IMG/VR virus record: IMGVR_UViG_3300017785_006608
Span: 1-49,966 of that record
Strand: one strand, 5' to 3'
DNA length: 49,966 nt
DNA from: a virus
Taxonomy: Duplodnaviria > Caudoviricetes
In this document: positions 1-8,029 of the stretch, piece by piece
Layout: each line of letters starts with the position of its first letter
Numbering within the stretch: position 1 is the first letter of the stretch
Translations under genes and position numbers: made by a program
Notes under the pieces: generated by a model
The model's database searches: none
Seen by the model: only the letters and a program-made list of their open reading frames with translations
What the model was told of the DNA's origin: nothing

Positions 1-123
1 AAGAGTAGCACATCGCACGGTGCTCCGTGTCGGCGTCGGCCTTGATGCGGCGGAGCCAAGTGGTCGTGCCGCGCATGGTCGTGCCCGACCACTTGACACC
101 CATCTCGTCCAGCATTTCCTTGA
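1..123. repeat. Terminal direct repeat, left copy (circular assembly overlap)
   Basis: 1-123 (aagagtagca...atttccttga) is identical to 49844-49966 and lies inside a gene. Confidence 0.97.
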
Positions 124-1795
124 GCCGCTCTTCCTGCTCGTTGAACTCGGCGAAGATGACCACGGGTTCGGTGGGGTTGGCCTCGATGAAGCACTGGGTC
201 CAGAGCAGCTTCGGGTCCACCTCGTGACGCTCGCGCTTGTAAGGACCGTGCTCGAACTCACGCAGCTTGTCGTAGCCGCAAGAAAGCTCACGCAGCAGAC
301 CATACTTGGCAAGGATGCACTGGGCGATCGGCTGCACGTTGCCATGCCGGTCCTTGACCTGCTCCAGGAACTCGATGTTCTTAGCCTGCTCGTACATCTG
401 CTTGGTCGCACGCAGCGAAACGAACCGGAACTGCGAGTCCTTTCCGGAGAACTGGTCCGCCTCGCCTCGCACGTACCGGATGGACGTGGTGGCGATGAGC
501 GTCTCGAACTTCATCTTGTTGCGGGGGACGTACTTGTTCGGGCTCGGGGAGATCAGCCACTTGCGTTCGTGGATCTCCCAGGTCGCACCCCACTTGAGAC
601 CGTACAGGTCAACGCACCGCATCTGCGCCCACATGTCCTGCGGACCCTGCTCGGAGGGGGTGCCATTGAGGAGGAGGACGTAGGGAACCAGGTCGCAGAG
701 CTCGTGGCAAGCCTTGGTCCGCTTGCTCTTCGGGTTCTTGATGGCGGACGTTTCGTCGGCGACCACCATGACCCGGCTCATGTCCCAATACTTCATCATA
801 AGTTCGAGGCGGGTTCCCACCCGCTCGTAGTTGATGATGTAGCAGTTGGGAGCCATCGGATGGCGCGGCTCGTAGCGGTCGGACTCGGCGATGAGATCCT
901 CGTCCGCTTCGTTGGTGCCGTCGAGCACGGCGATCCGGAACCCCTCCTTCTCGGCCTCGCCTACCCACGGTGAATACATATTCATCCGGGGGCACACGAC
1001 CAGGAGGATGTCGATGCTACCCTCCAGTAGCCGACGCTTGGCGACCATCTGCGACATGAGTGTCTTGCCGGTACGCATGTCGTACCAGATGGCCAGCCGC
1101 TCGGCGAGGTAGGCCGTCTCGGCGCCGATGATCTGCTGCGAGAACGGACGCTTACTGCGGGCGTAGAGGAGCCAGTGCAGCAGCGAGGGGGTCTCGGTCT
1201 TGTACTGCTCGGTGCCGGTACGCTCCGCCTTGGAGGGCACGGGCCGACCCGCACGGGCGGCGAGCTTCTCATTGTCGGTCAAGGCACGCGTGACCTCACG
1301 GTACGCAACCTGCTCCTTGACCGGGATGCGGTGGGGACCGTCGCCGACGAGGGCGGTCGAGCCCTTCTGCATGATGAAGGAGAAGCAGAGCGAGTCCATG
1401 TTCATGGACCACAGCACCGCCTCGCTGGCCCGCAACCGGTCATCGGGGTCGATGAACGGGAGGTCCATGAGCTTCATGAGGTTAGCTTGCGTCGCCCGGA
1501 TGGCGTGAACATCGCCGGACTCGGGGAGGGTCGCAACTACGGGGGCCTTGTCTGGGTGCTCGGGGTAGTCGAACACCTGTCGCGAGGGCTTGGCGACCAC
1601 CGTGTACTTCGTCTCGGAGACGGTCCTGCGGTGGGTACGGGAATGGATCTCATTGACCTCTTCGACCTGCTCTTCGACCACCGTGGTAGTGGTGGTGCGG
1701 TCCCAGTCGAAGCAGTAGTCAGACACCAGGATAGCGGTGTCGGTCAGGCGAGGGTGCGTGAACGCTCGGTTCCAGACAGTCCGTGGCTCGAACAT
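1..1795 (-). CDS. SNF2-family helicase, N-terminal part (continues across the join to 48891; ~915 aa in total)
   Basis: Not in the ORF track. ATG at 1795 follows GGAGG. Hand translation gives WYDMRTGKT (motif I), LLVVCP and VVADETSAIKNPKSKRTKA (motif II). In frame with 48891..49958 through the repeat. Confidence 0.9.
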   Translation of the reverse strand, partial: MFEPRTVWNRAFTHPRLTDTAILVSDYCFDWDRTTTTTVVEEQVEEVNEIHSRTHRRTVSETKYTVVAKPSRQVFDYPEHPDKAPVVATLPESGDVHAIRATQANLMKLMDLPFIDPDDRLRASEAVLWSMNMDSLCFSFIMQKGSTALVGDGPHRIPVKEQVAYREVTRALTDNEKLAARAGRPVPSKAERTGTEQYKTETPSLLHWLLYARSKRPFSQQIIGAETAYLAERLAIWYDMRTGKTLMSQMVAKRRLLEGSIDILLVVCPRMNMYSPWVGEAEKEGFRIAVLDGTNEADEDLIAESDRYEPRHPMAPNCYIINYERVGTRLELMMKYWDMSRVMVVADETSAIKNPKSKRTKACHELCDLVPYVLLLNGTPSEQGPQDMWAQMRCVDLYGLKWGATWEIHERKWLISPSPNKYVPRNKMKFETLIATTSIRYVRGEADQFSGKDSQFRFVSLRATKQMYEQAKNIEFLEQVKDRHGNVQPIAQCILAKYGLLRELSCGYDKLREFEHGPYKRERHEVDPKLLWTQCFIEANPTEPVVIFAEFNEQEERLKEMLDEMGVKWSGTTMRGTTTWLRRIKADADTEHRAMCYS

Positions 1796-1876
1796 AGTTC
1801 CTCCACGGCGGGGCCGAGGGGATAGTTGCCTTGCGGCATAGTGGTGGGGTAGGTAACCGTACCTAACACGGTGGGC

Positions 1877-1922
1877 GGGGCGAGCAAGTATGCAGGTAGA
1901 ACCTACATAACTTGCTCGCCCC
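1877..1922 (-). terminator. Intergenic hairpin (terminator or processing site)
   Basis: GGGGCGAGCAAGT / ACTTGCTCGCCCC arms plus an inner stem, lying between the acidic gene and the helicase. Confidence 0.5.
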
Positions 1923-1943
1923 TACCGGGTGGTGGTTCTGGAC

Positions 1944-2300
1944 CTACTCTTCTTCTTCCTCGTCCTCGTCGAGGTCCTCGTCCTCGTCAACGTCCTCTTC
2001 GTCCTCGCCGAGGTCGTCCTTCGTGAGGGGCACGGCGTCGGGCTCGTCGCGGTCGTCGGCATCGGCGAACACGAGCGACTCGTTGTCTTCCTGGAGGTCG
2101 TCGTCGTAGCGGACGTCCTCCAGCATGGAGTCGTCGGTGATGTTGGACTCGTCGATGTCGTCGATGGACGCGAGGAAGTCGGGGCCGGTGAGCGTGTAGA
2201 TGAGTGCGCGCCCTTCTCCCTTGATCGGCTGGAGCGAGCGGTGCTTGGTCACGAGCTCGTCGAAGGCGGCGTCGGAAAGCAGGATGGTGAGACACTTCAT
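1944..2300 (-). CDS. Small, extremely acidic protein (118 aa)
   Basis: AAGGA SD before ATG 2300 (MKCLTILL), high GC3, and a D/E-dominated C-terminal half. Confidence 0.85.
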   Translation of the reverse strand: MKCLTILLSDAAFDELVTKHRSLQPIKGEGRALIYTLTGPDFLASIDDIDESNITDDSMLEDVRYDDDLQEDNESLVFADADDRDEPDAVPLTKDDLGEDEEDVDEDEDLDEDEEEEE

Positions 2301-2358
2301 GATGATGGTCCTTGTTGAAGCCGGGGAAAGGAAGGCCCGGCATGGTTCCCCGAGGGGG

Positions 2359-2426
2359 GATGGAAGACACGGTAGCTCGCAACGCCCCCGTTGCCCCGAG
2401 TGCATCGGGCTACCGTGTCTTTCATC
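2359..2426. promoter_or_regulatory. Long intergenic inverted repeat (21-bp arms)
   Basis: GATGGAAGACACGGTAGCTCG / CGGGCTACCGTGTCTTTCATC. Confidence 0.7.
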
Positions 2427-2457
2427 TGCCCACGGTGTACCGTGAGACAGCGTAGTG

Positions 2458-2631
2458 TCAGTCTGGACAAACGAGCCTGAGCTTGCCACCCTCGGTCGTG
2501 AAACGGTAGGGGTACATCACGTACTCCCAACCGCTTGCGTCCGAATAGACCACTAAGTCCATCGGGTAGGCCGTGCCGGACACGAGGCCGATGATGGAGG
2601 GCTTGTCGACACCGTTGTCATAGAAGATCAT
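2458..2631 (-). CDS. Hypothetical protein (57 aa)
   Basis: TAATG coupling to the upstream gene, GGAG SD, protein-like composition. Confidence 0.7.
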   Translation of the reverse strand: MIFYDNGVDKPSIIGLVSGTAYPMDLVVYSDASGWEYVMYPYRFTTEGGKLRLVCPD

Positions 2632-3290
2632 TAGAACCACTCCTCAATGCCCAACTCGCGGGCGAGCTCGTTGAGACCCTTCTGCAAGTTGGACCGTGCG
2701 ACCAACTCAGCCGCACGCTCGGCCGTGATCTTCCCCTTGCTCAGCTTGCGATTGAGCATGTGGAGAAGTTGGGCTCGGAAAGTGAGAGCTTGGTCGTCGA
2801 GCGAACCGCTGTCCGTGTCACGACGCTTAGGCGTCTTGCTTGACAGCCGAGACTCGGTCTTGGCTACTTCGGCGGCGACCTTGCGACGCGCGGTGAACTC
2901 GGACGCGTCCTTGCGACACCGCTTGTGATAGTATTGGCGGATCATGTCGAGGTGGGCGTCGGTCGACCGTTGCAGGTCGTCGGCCGCTTCCTCCCACGAC
3001 CCGAGGATCGCACGGATGGCCGTCGTCTCCAAGCCGTCAAGGTCGACCACGGAGTACTCGTTGCGGACCTTGTCGCGCTCGCGGTCTTGCCGCGTGGACA
3101 CGACCGAGATGCGCCACGCGCCGTCCTCGATTGCGGAGGGATTGTTGAGTACCGTCACTCGACGGCGGCACTCGATGTTAGGGCAACTCATCTTCCATCG
3201 GATGCCGGTCGTCGGCATGGTCGCGAGGGTGAGCAGCACGGCTTTACAGTGCGGACAGGAAAGGTGGGTGACCACCTTCGGCTTCGACAT
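2631..3290 (-). CDS. Hypothetical protein with N-terminal zinc ribbon
   Basis: CPHC...CPNIEC cysteine pairs; helical, charged C-terminus. Confidence 0.8.
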   Translation of the reverse strand: MSKPKVVTHLSCPHCKAVLLTLATMPTTGIRWKMSCPNIECRRRVTVLNNPSAIEDGAWRISVVSTRQDRERDKVRNEYSVVDLDGLETTAIRAILGSWEEAADDLQRSTDAHLDMIRQYYHKRCRKDASEFTARRKVAAEVAKTESRLSSKTPKRRDTDSGSLDDQALTFRAQLLHMLNRKLSKGKITAERAAELVARSNLQKGLNELARELGIEEWF

Positions 3291-3329
3291 GGTACACTCG
3301 GGGCAACGAGGTATAGTGGTTGGACCCTA

Positions 3330-3386
3330 CAGGGAGGGTGGGTAGCCACGAGGCTCAGCGAGCCTCGTGGCTACCCGTCCTCCCTG
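3330..3386. promoter_or_regulatory. Long intergenic hairpin (27-bp stem, 3-nt loop)
   Basis: CAGGGAGGGTGGGTAGCCACGAGGCTC-AGC-GAGCCTCGTGGCTACCCGTCCTCCCTG. Confidence 0.75.
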
Positions 3387-3415
3387 GAGCAGCTTGCGCT
3401 GCTCCAGGGATGTAC

Positions 3416-4234
3416 CTACTCGGCCGGCGCGGGCGGGGTCGTGGTCGGCGTCTCGGACGCCTTGACTTCCGCCTTCTTGACTTCCTCGACCTTGCGCTCG
3501 GGCCGGAACTTGTCCGCGCGCCAGCCGAGGGAGACCGCGGTCTCCTTCTTCTTGCCGTCGGCCTCGGTCCGGACCCACCGCTCGTCGCTCACGACGTAGT
3601 TGATCTGGAAGCGATCACACAAATCGTAGAACGAGTGCGCGTCCTTGACGTCGGCGGGGAGACCGGAGCAGTTCGCCTCGGTCGTGCCGCGCTCCCCGGC
3701 GCGGCTCTTGCCGGCGTAGTCGGTGATGACCTGCGCGGCCGGCGCGGTGAGGATGTCGATCTCCTGCATGAGGATCGGGTAGATGCGCTCGAGGGCGAGG
3801 TGGGAGATGTAGGTCTTCCAGTCCTTGACGGTCTCGGACGCGCTCTTCGCGGCCTTCTTGGGGGGCACGTAGTAGATGAGCGTGCGGGCCGTCTCCGGGC
3901 CCGACATCGCCATCATCCGGAAGCCGTTGGCGCGAAGCGCCTTATCCTGGAGGGCGAGGTCGGCCTTGATTTCGGCCTTCGAGACGCCCTTGAGCGAGTC
4001 GAAGTCGGCGCGGAGGCTGCGGCTCGTCTCCAGGTAGAACGCGTCGGCGCGGGCGGCGGCGATGTTGTCGAGGATGGTCTCCTCGTCCACGAGCTCGGCG
4101 TCGACCATGGACGCCGGGCCGAAGAGCTCGCGGAGGATGGCGTCCGAGTTGGGATCCTCGGTGGGGGCCGCGCCACCACCATCGGTCTCGGGAGCGAAGC
4201 AAACGGCGAGGAGGGGGAAGATGAGGCTCTTCAT
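3416..4234 (-). CDS. Hypothetical early protein with scaffold-like N-terminal motif
   Basis: Very high GC3; starts MKSLIFPLLAVCFAPETDGGG; has its own promoter-like element upstream. Confidence 0.88.
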   Translation of the reverse strand: MKSLIFPLLAVCFAPETDGGGAAPTEDPNSDAILRELFGPASMVDAELVDEETILDNIAAARADAFYLETSRSLRADFDSLKGVSKAEIKADLALQDKALRANGFRMMAMSGPETARTLIYYVPPKKAAKSASETVKDWKTYISHLALERIYPILMQEIDILTAPAAQVITDYAGKSRAGERGTTEANCSGLPADVKDAHSFYDLCDRFQINYVVSDERWVRTEADGKKKETAVSLGWRADKFRPERKVEEVKKAEVKASETPTTTPPAPAE

Positions 4235-4311
4235 GATGATGTTGTCCGTCCTTGAGGTTTCCGCCAAGTGGTCCAGTTGAGGGAGTCACCATCGGCGTGG
4301 CGGCGCCGGGG

Positions 4312-4350
4312 GTGATTAGGTTATGCTCTATCCCGGGCCGTCAGGCAAGG
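4312..4350 (-). promoter_or_regulatory. Putative leftward promoter
   Basis: Minus strand CCTTGCCTGACGGCCCGGGATAGAGCATAACCTAATCAC resembles the element at 7454-7494; TTGCCT...TAACCT boxes with atypical spacing. Confidence 0.35.
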
Positions 4351-4382
4351 GGCGTCGAGCAAATAATCGGAAAGAGTAAAGG

Positions 4383-4473
4383 CTTCGAGAAACCCGGCTT
4401 AGAAGCTGGGTTTCTCGGAGGCCGTACTCGGCGCCGAACGGGAGCCCCGCCGTCTACAGTAGAGCGGCGGGGC
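4383..4473. terminator. Two tandem intergenic hairpins
   Basis: CTTCGAGAAACCCGGCTT/AAGCTGGGTTTCTCGGAG and GCCCCGCCG...CGGCGGGGC, downstream of 4484..4720. Confidence 0.55.
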
Positions 4474-4483
4474 CCGGGGCCCC

Positions 4484-4720
4484 CTACCCGGGGGGCATGA
4501 GTGAGTTGTCAGCGAGGATGCACGCATGAATCGCGCGGATCTCGACTCCGGTCATGCGGCCGATAGGCCGGTAGATGACTTGCCCGTCCTTCTTGACGAT
4601 CACCCGTCGAAGACCGAACTTGGTCGGCGCACCCTTGTAGGAGGCGTGGATGATCTGGATGCCCTGGTTGGGCACGGCGTACTCACGGATGATCTCGTCG
4701 TCGTTCTCGTCGTAGGCCAT
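4484..4720 (-). CDS. Small protein, possibly PC4-like nucleic-acid binding
   Basis: AGGAGG SD. The pattern MAYD...SYKG..K...R...GRMT..E (beta strands then one helix) recalls PC4-like folds; family call is from memory only. Confidence 0.75.
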   Translation of the reverse strand: MAYDENDDEIIREYAVPNQGIQIIHASYKGAPTKFGLRRVIVKKDGQVIYRPIGRMTGVEIRAIHACILADNSLMPPG

Positions 4721-4741
4721 GGGGCCCTCCTGTAGTTGAGG

Positions 4742-5005
4742 TTACTCGTCCCACCGGTCGCGCAGGATGCACGTACAGCGGCCGACGCCACCGAGGATCT
4801 TGCGGATCCGGTAGCGGACGTCTTCGAGCGTGACAGTGTCGGCGCCACGAGCGAGAAGATCGTGGTACTCGAACGACAGTTCGCGCGCGGCGTTGAGGTA
4901 GAGCGTCCGCTTACGGCGGAGGTCGTCGCTGGAGAGGTAGCGATACTTGCTCGCTTTGGGGAGGGAAGCACGGGTTTCCCGCTCGGCTTTGGTCAGTTGG
5001 GGCAT
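4742..5005 (-). CDS. Hypothetical basic protein
   Basis: GGAG SD before ATG 5005 (MPQLTKAE); coding-like codon bias. Confidence 0.8.
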   Translation of the reverse strand: MPQLTKAERETRASLPKASKYRYLSSDDLRRKRTLYLNAARELSFEYHDLLARGADTVTLEDVRYRIRKILGGVGRCTCILRDRWDE

Positions 5006-5013
5006 AGCCCGCT

Positions 5014-5065
5014 CCGTGGTTGACCTATGGGCCCGACCGAAGTCGGGCCCATGCGTCAATCGCGG
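5014..5065 (-). promoter_or_regulatory. Hairpin capped by a C(UUCG)G tetraloop, next to an RBS
   Basis: Minus strand ATGGGCCCGAC-TTCG-GTCGGGCCCAT plus an 11-bp imperfect basal stem. Confidence 0.7.
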
Positions 5066-5151
5066 GCGCTCAACCACGCGGCGCGCAGGGACGCGCAGCC
5101 GACGAGGATGAAGGCCGAACCGAGAAGGCGGATGAACATGAGGTCGTCCAT
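5056..5151 (-). CDS. Small single-TM protein (31 aa)
   Basis: TGATG coupling; MDDLMFIRLLGSAFILVGCASL is hydrophobic. Confidence 0.6.
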   Translation of the reverse strand: MDDLMFIRLLGSAFILVGCASLRAAWLSARD

Positions 5152-5414
5152 CAGAGCACCACGTCGCGCAGACGGGCGCTGCACACGGTCTTGGCGAACG
5201 CCGTGAGGACGGCCTCGTTGGCGGCTTCCTCGATGCGCGCCACGTCGGCGGGATGAAGCTCCCAGTCGTGGCTCACGTAGACGTTGGCGCGGGGAAGCTC
5301 GGTGCCCACGGCGCCGAAGTCGATGATGACCTCGTCGCACGGGATCTTGACGAGGCGCCCCTTGTCATCCCGGTAGGAGAGGGCGAAGGGGAAAGCGATC
5401 ACAATCTCTTTCAT
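5151..5414 (-). CDS. Hypothetical protein
   Basis: GGAG SD, high GC3. Confidence 0.82.
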   Translation of the reverse strand: MKEIVIAFPFALSYRDDKGRLVKIPCDEVIIDFGAVGTELPRANVYVSHDWELHPADVARIEEAANEAVLTAFAKTVCSARLRDVVL

Positions 5415-5488
5415 AGTGGGTCTCCAGCAAGAGCCACGGTGGATCCGTGAGTCTTACTGGAGGCCCCGCATGAAGCGGGACCTCCGGA

Positions 5489-5734
5489 TCAGTCTTTGGG
5501 TTCGGAAACCACGCCGTCGCGACGGTCCTGGATGGCGCCGTCGAGGCCCATCAGGTTGGAGCGCAGGTCACGCATCTCGGTGTCGACCTGCTCGATCTCG
5601 TACTTGAGCTGGCGCTTTCGGTTGTCGAGCACCGAGATCCGGTCGCGGGCGTCCCACGCCTTGACGTACAGGTCGGGGAGGGGGATGGTCTTGTAGTGGT
5701 CGACGTAGGGCTCGTCTTCGATGGGATCTTTCAT
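5489..5734 (-). CDS. Hypothetical coiled-coil protein
   Basis: GGAGG SD before ATG 5734 (MKDPIEDE); heptad pattern. Confidence 0.82.
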   Translation of the reverse strand: MKDPIEDEPYVDHYKTIPLPDLYVKAWDARDRISVLDNRKRQLKYEIEQVDTEMRDLRSNLMGLDGAIQDRRDGVVSEPKD

Positions 5735-5956
5735 GCAATCCTCCAACAAGGCGCACGCGGTATGCGAGCGTCTTAGTGGAGGCCCGACCCGTATTCCGGG
5801 TCGGGACCTCATTTAGGGAAACACACGCGCCGCCCTGTAGGCGCGATTACAGTGGAGCGACTGGCGCTCGGGATTGGTTCCCAACTATCGGCATCGGGGA
5901 TCGGTCCGACACGGTGGCTACCGGGTTCTAACGCTTAGAGCGTCCCCGTCACCACA

Positions 5957-5990
5957 ATGTCTTAGCACACACCACGATGTCACTCGTCAA
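5957..5990 (-). promoter_or_regulatory. Putative leftward promoter
   Basis: TTGACG at 5990-5985 with TGCTAAGACAT downstream, ahead of a hairpin-rich ~220-nt leader. Confidence 0.35.
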
Positions 5991-6082
5991 CACACCCTCG
6001 GGGAGGGTAGCATGTCCCCTATGTACGGCTCGCCAGTTCGGGTCATCGCCTACGTGGGGTACAGATCCGGGATTCACCGGAG

Positions 6083-6304
6083 TTAGCTGGAATGCGTCCA
6101 GCAGGGTAGCGACGTCTTGTCGCAAAGAGTGTACGCGGTAAACGGGGTCGGAATGGATACGAATAGCGCCGCGCGATCCACGTATGAATCAAGCGGGCGC
6201 AAGTAGATGTAGAGCGTGCGTTCCTGCGTTGCGACGCGTCGCAACGCAAAGAGCATCCGTGCGTTACGACGCAACGGGCGCACAAACACGTACAGCCCGC
6301 GCAT
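6083..6304 (-). CDS. Possible small protein (dubious)
   Basis: Internal repeat LYVFVRPL/LYIYLRPL, but no clear SD and the region is palindrome-dense. Confidence 0.25.
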   Translation of the reverse strand: MRGLYVFVRPLRRNARMLFALRRVATQERTLYIYLRPLDSYVDRAALFVSIPTPFTAYTLCDKTSLPCWTHSS

Positions 6305-6329
6305 AGCGCAGGCTGTAGTGTGATGGGGG

Positions 6330-7055
6330 TTAGTACCCCGGGGTGCCGCGAACGTACGCGCCCCATTGTGAGGGCAGGATCCCCCGGGCCAGTTCCTTCC
6401 CGCCGTCACCCTCGCGAACGAGCCGCTTGCCACGGATCGAATGTGCGTTGAGGCCGACCGTACCAAGCGTCAGGACGCTTTGTTCGATCAACCGCGCTTC
6501 GGTTTCGGCAACAGCCATCACGGCGTTACGGCCGTGAGTGCGAATGAACGCGGGATCGGCCGGAATATGGATCGGGGGCTTAGTCATCTTACGCGCGTGT
6601 TTCTTCTCACGACACGACATCGGGCGAAACACGTTGTCGATCTTAGCCGGGGGCTGGATCGTGGCTTCCGGGGGCTTGACGCGCAAACTACGGTAGTTGT
6701 CCGCGATCTTGCCCGCGATGGCGATCTTCACTTCCTTAGCAGGAATGAAGCGGATCGGCGAGTGAGCGCCGTTAGCGTAGTTCCCGGGGCTGTATTCCCC
6801 AACTACGTCACCGGCTACAAACTTTCCCGGTTCCGTGTGATCCACGACCGTGAAGCCGTAGAGACGCTCATTCTGATACGCGCCTTTATACGGCGCGGCC
6901 TCGCGAGGCTTCCGGGGTGCCTTAGCAGGCTTCCGGGGCTTCGGAGGAAGCTTAGAAGGATCACGATCGGCGCGCACCTTAGCACGCGTGACCACGACCA
7001 CGTTAGAAACATTGCCCTTAGCGGGCTGGATGATCATGTTACGGCTTTCTTTCAT
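6330..7055 (-). CDS. Hypothetical basic Lys/Pro-rich protein, first gene of the left arm
   Basis: ~240-codon open frame with protein-like composition; codon usage differs from neighbours; start uncertain (7085, 7055 or 7037). Confidence 0.7.
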   Translation of the reverse strand: MKESRNMIIQPAKGNVSNVVVVTRAKVRADRDPSKLPPKPRKPAKAPRKPREAAPYKGAYQNERLYGFTVVDHTEPGKFVAGDVVGEYSPGNYANGAHSPIRFIPAKEVKIAIAGKIADNYRSLRVKPPEATIQPPAKIDNVFRPMSCREKKHARKMTKPPIHIPADPAFIRTHGRNAVMAVAETEARLIEQSVLTLGTVGLNAHSIRGKRLVREGDGGKELARGILPSQWGAYVRGTPGY

Positions 7056-7087
7056 TCTGTATTCCCGTTTACCGCGCACTATCACGG

Positions 7088-7452
7088 GCGCCGATCCGAA
7101 GATCGGCGCGCGTTCCTACCAAACCGAAGCGAGAAACGTGATGAAACTTACTTCAGCCCAAGTGTAACCCGGGTAGTGAAGCAAGAGCGCAGCGTCGCGT
7201 GCTTCCGGGTGAGTGAACCCGATCGCAACATGATCGCTGTAGCTTTCCACGAGCTTATCCATTCTACCTTCCTACGGGCAACGGGTGTATCCCGTTGGCG
7301 CCCGTGAAAGTGCGCGGCATAGTGTGAACGCTGGACCGTGTTTCGGGGCCCCTTAGGGGGGCATGAAACGCGTTGGGCGTTCGGTTTCCATTTCTTATGC
7401 ATCATTCGCCGTTCGTATGATCTCGGCACCGAAGCACCACAAGATCAAGGAA
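7088..7452 (-). ncRNA. Candidate structured RNA or leader (leftward)
   Basis: C(UUCG)G-capped stems at 7088-7109 and 7419-7446 (G-U pairs on the minus strand), plus long stems 7167-7210 and 7274-7305. Confidence 0.5.
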
Positions 7453-7453
7453 C

Positions 7454-7494
7454 GTGAGTAAGGATGTCGAATGGCCCGAGGCTACGGGGCAAGG
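7454..7494 (-). promoter_or_regulatory. Putative leftward early promoter
   Basis: Minus strand CCTTGCCCCGTAGCCTCGGGCCATTCGACATCCTTACTCAC is similar to 4312-4350 and sits directly before a UUCG hairpin. Confidence 0.35.
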
Positions 7495-7800
7495 TGCGCG
7501 GGCTGGATCCGCTGCCTGCCGAGGGGGTTTCATGCCCCGCACAAACCTTCTAAGGGGCCCGGTGGATCTTGGCTACAAACTTCCTTGCGAAAGTTTGCGG
7601 CCCCCACCGTCCTACGGCCCGGGGGCCGCGCGGGGTTGTACCCGCCAGCGGGTTTCACCCCGCCCAAACCATGTATGGTCGGGGGCCCGGCGCGGCAAGG
7701 AAGATCGGCGATCCGGATCGAAGATTCTTCTAAGTGTGTGAGATCACTGGGAAAGCGGACACTCACTTGCGACGAAAGGTGCGTCCCTGGCAGCAGGCCG

Positions 7801-7877
7801 CTGGCGGGCCGCTGGCGGGCCGCCAGCGCACGGTCCAGCCCTGGCGGGCCGTGCCCTGGCGGGCCGCTGGACCGTGC
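7801..7877. repeat. Four copies of CTGGCGGGCCG with a nested inverted repeat
   Basis: Copies start at 7801, 7812, 7841 and 7856; GCACGGTCCAGC (7828-7839) / GCTGGACCGTGC (7866-7877). Confidence 0.85.
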
Positions 7878-8029
7878 CCCGAACCGAACCCCACCGCTAT
7901 GTCCGCGCGATGCGCGCGCTCGCGATCGCGTTCACGCGGACTACAGTGTGGGCCGATCGTGACCAACGTTCGTGCCTTGCGATGCGACGCAAGGGGCATG
8001 TCCATTCGGTGCCGTGGACGCTTAGGTGA

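Noticed and set aside
1-123. Terminal repeat as the biological genome end
   Set aside because: It falls in the middle of the helicase gene, as expected for an assembler overlap of a circular or permuted contig.
2359-5065. Integron attC cassette array
   Set aside because: The hairpins share no evident GTTRRRY/RYYYAAC cores and there is no integrase.
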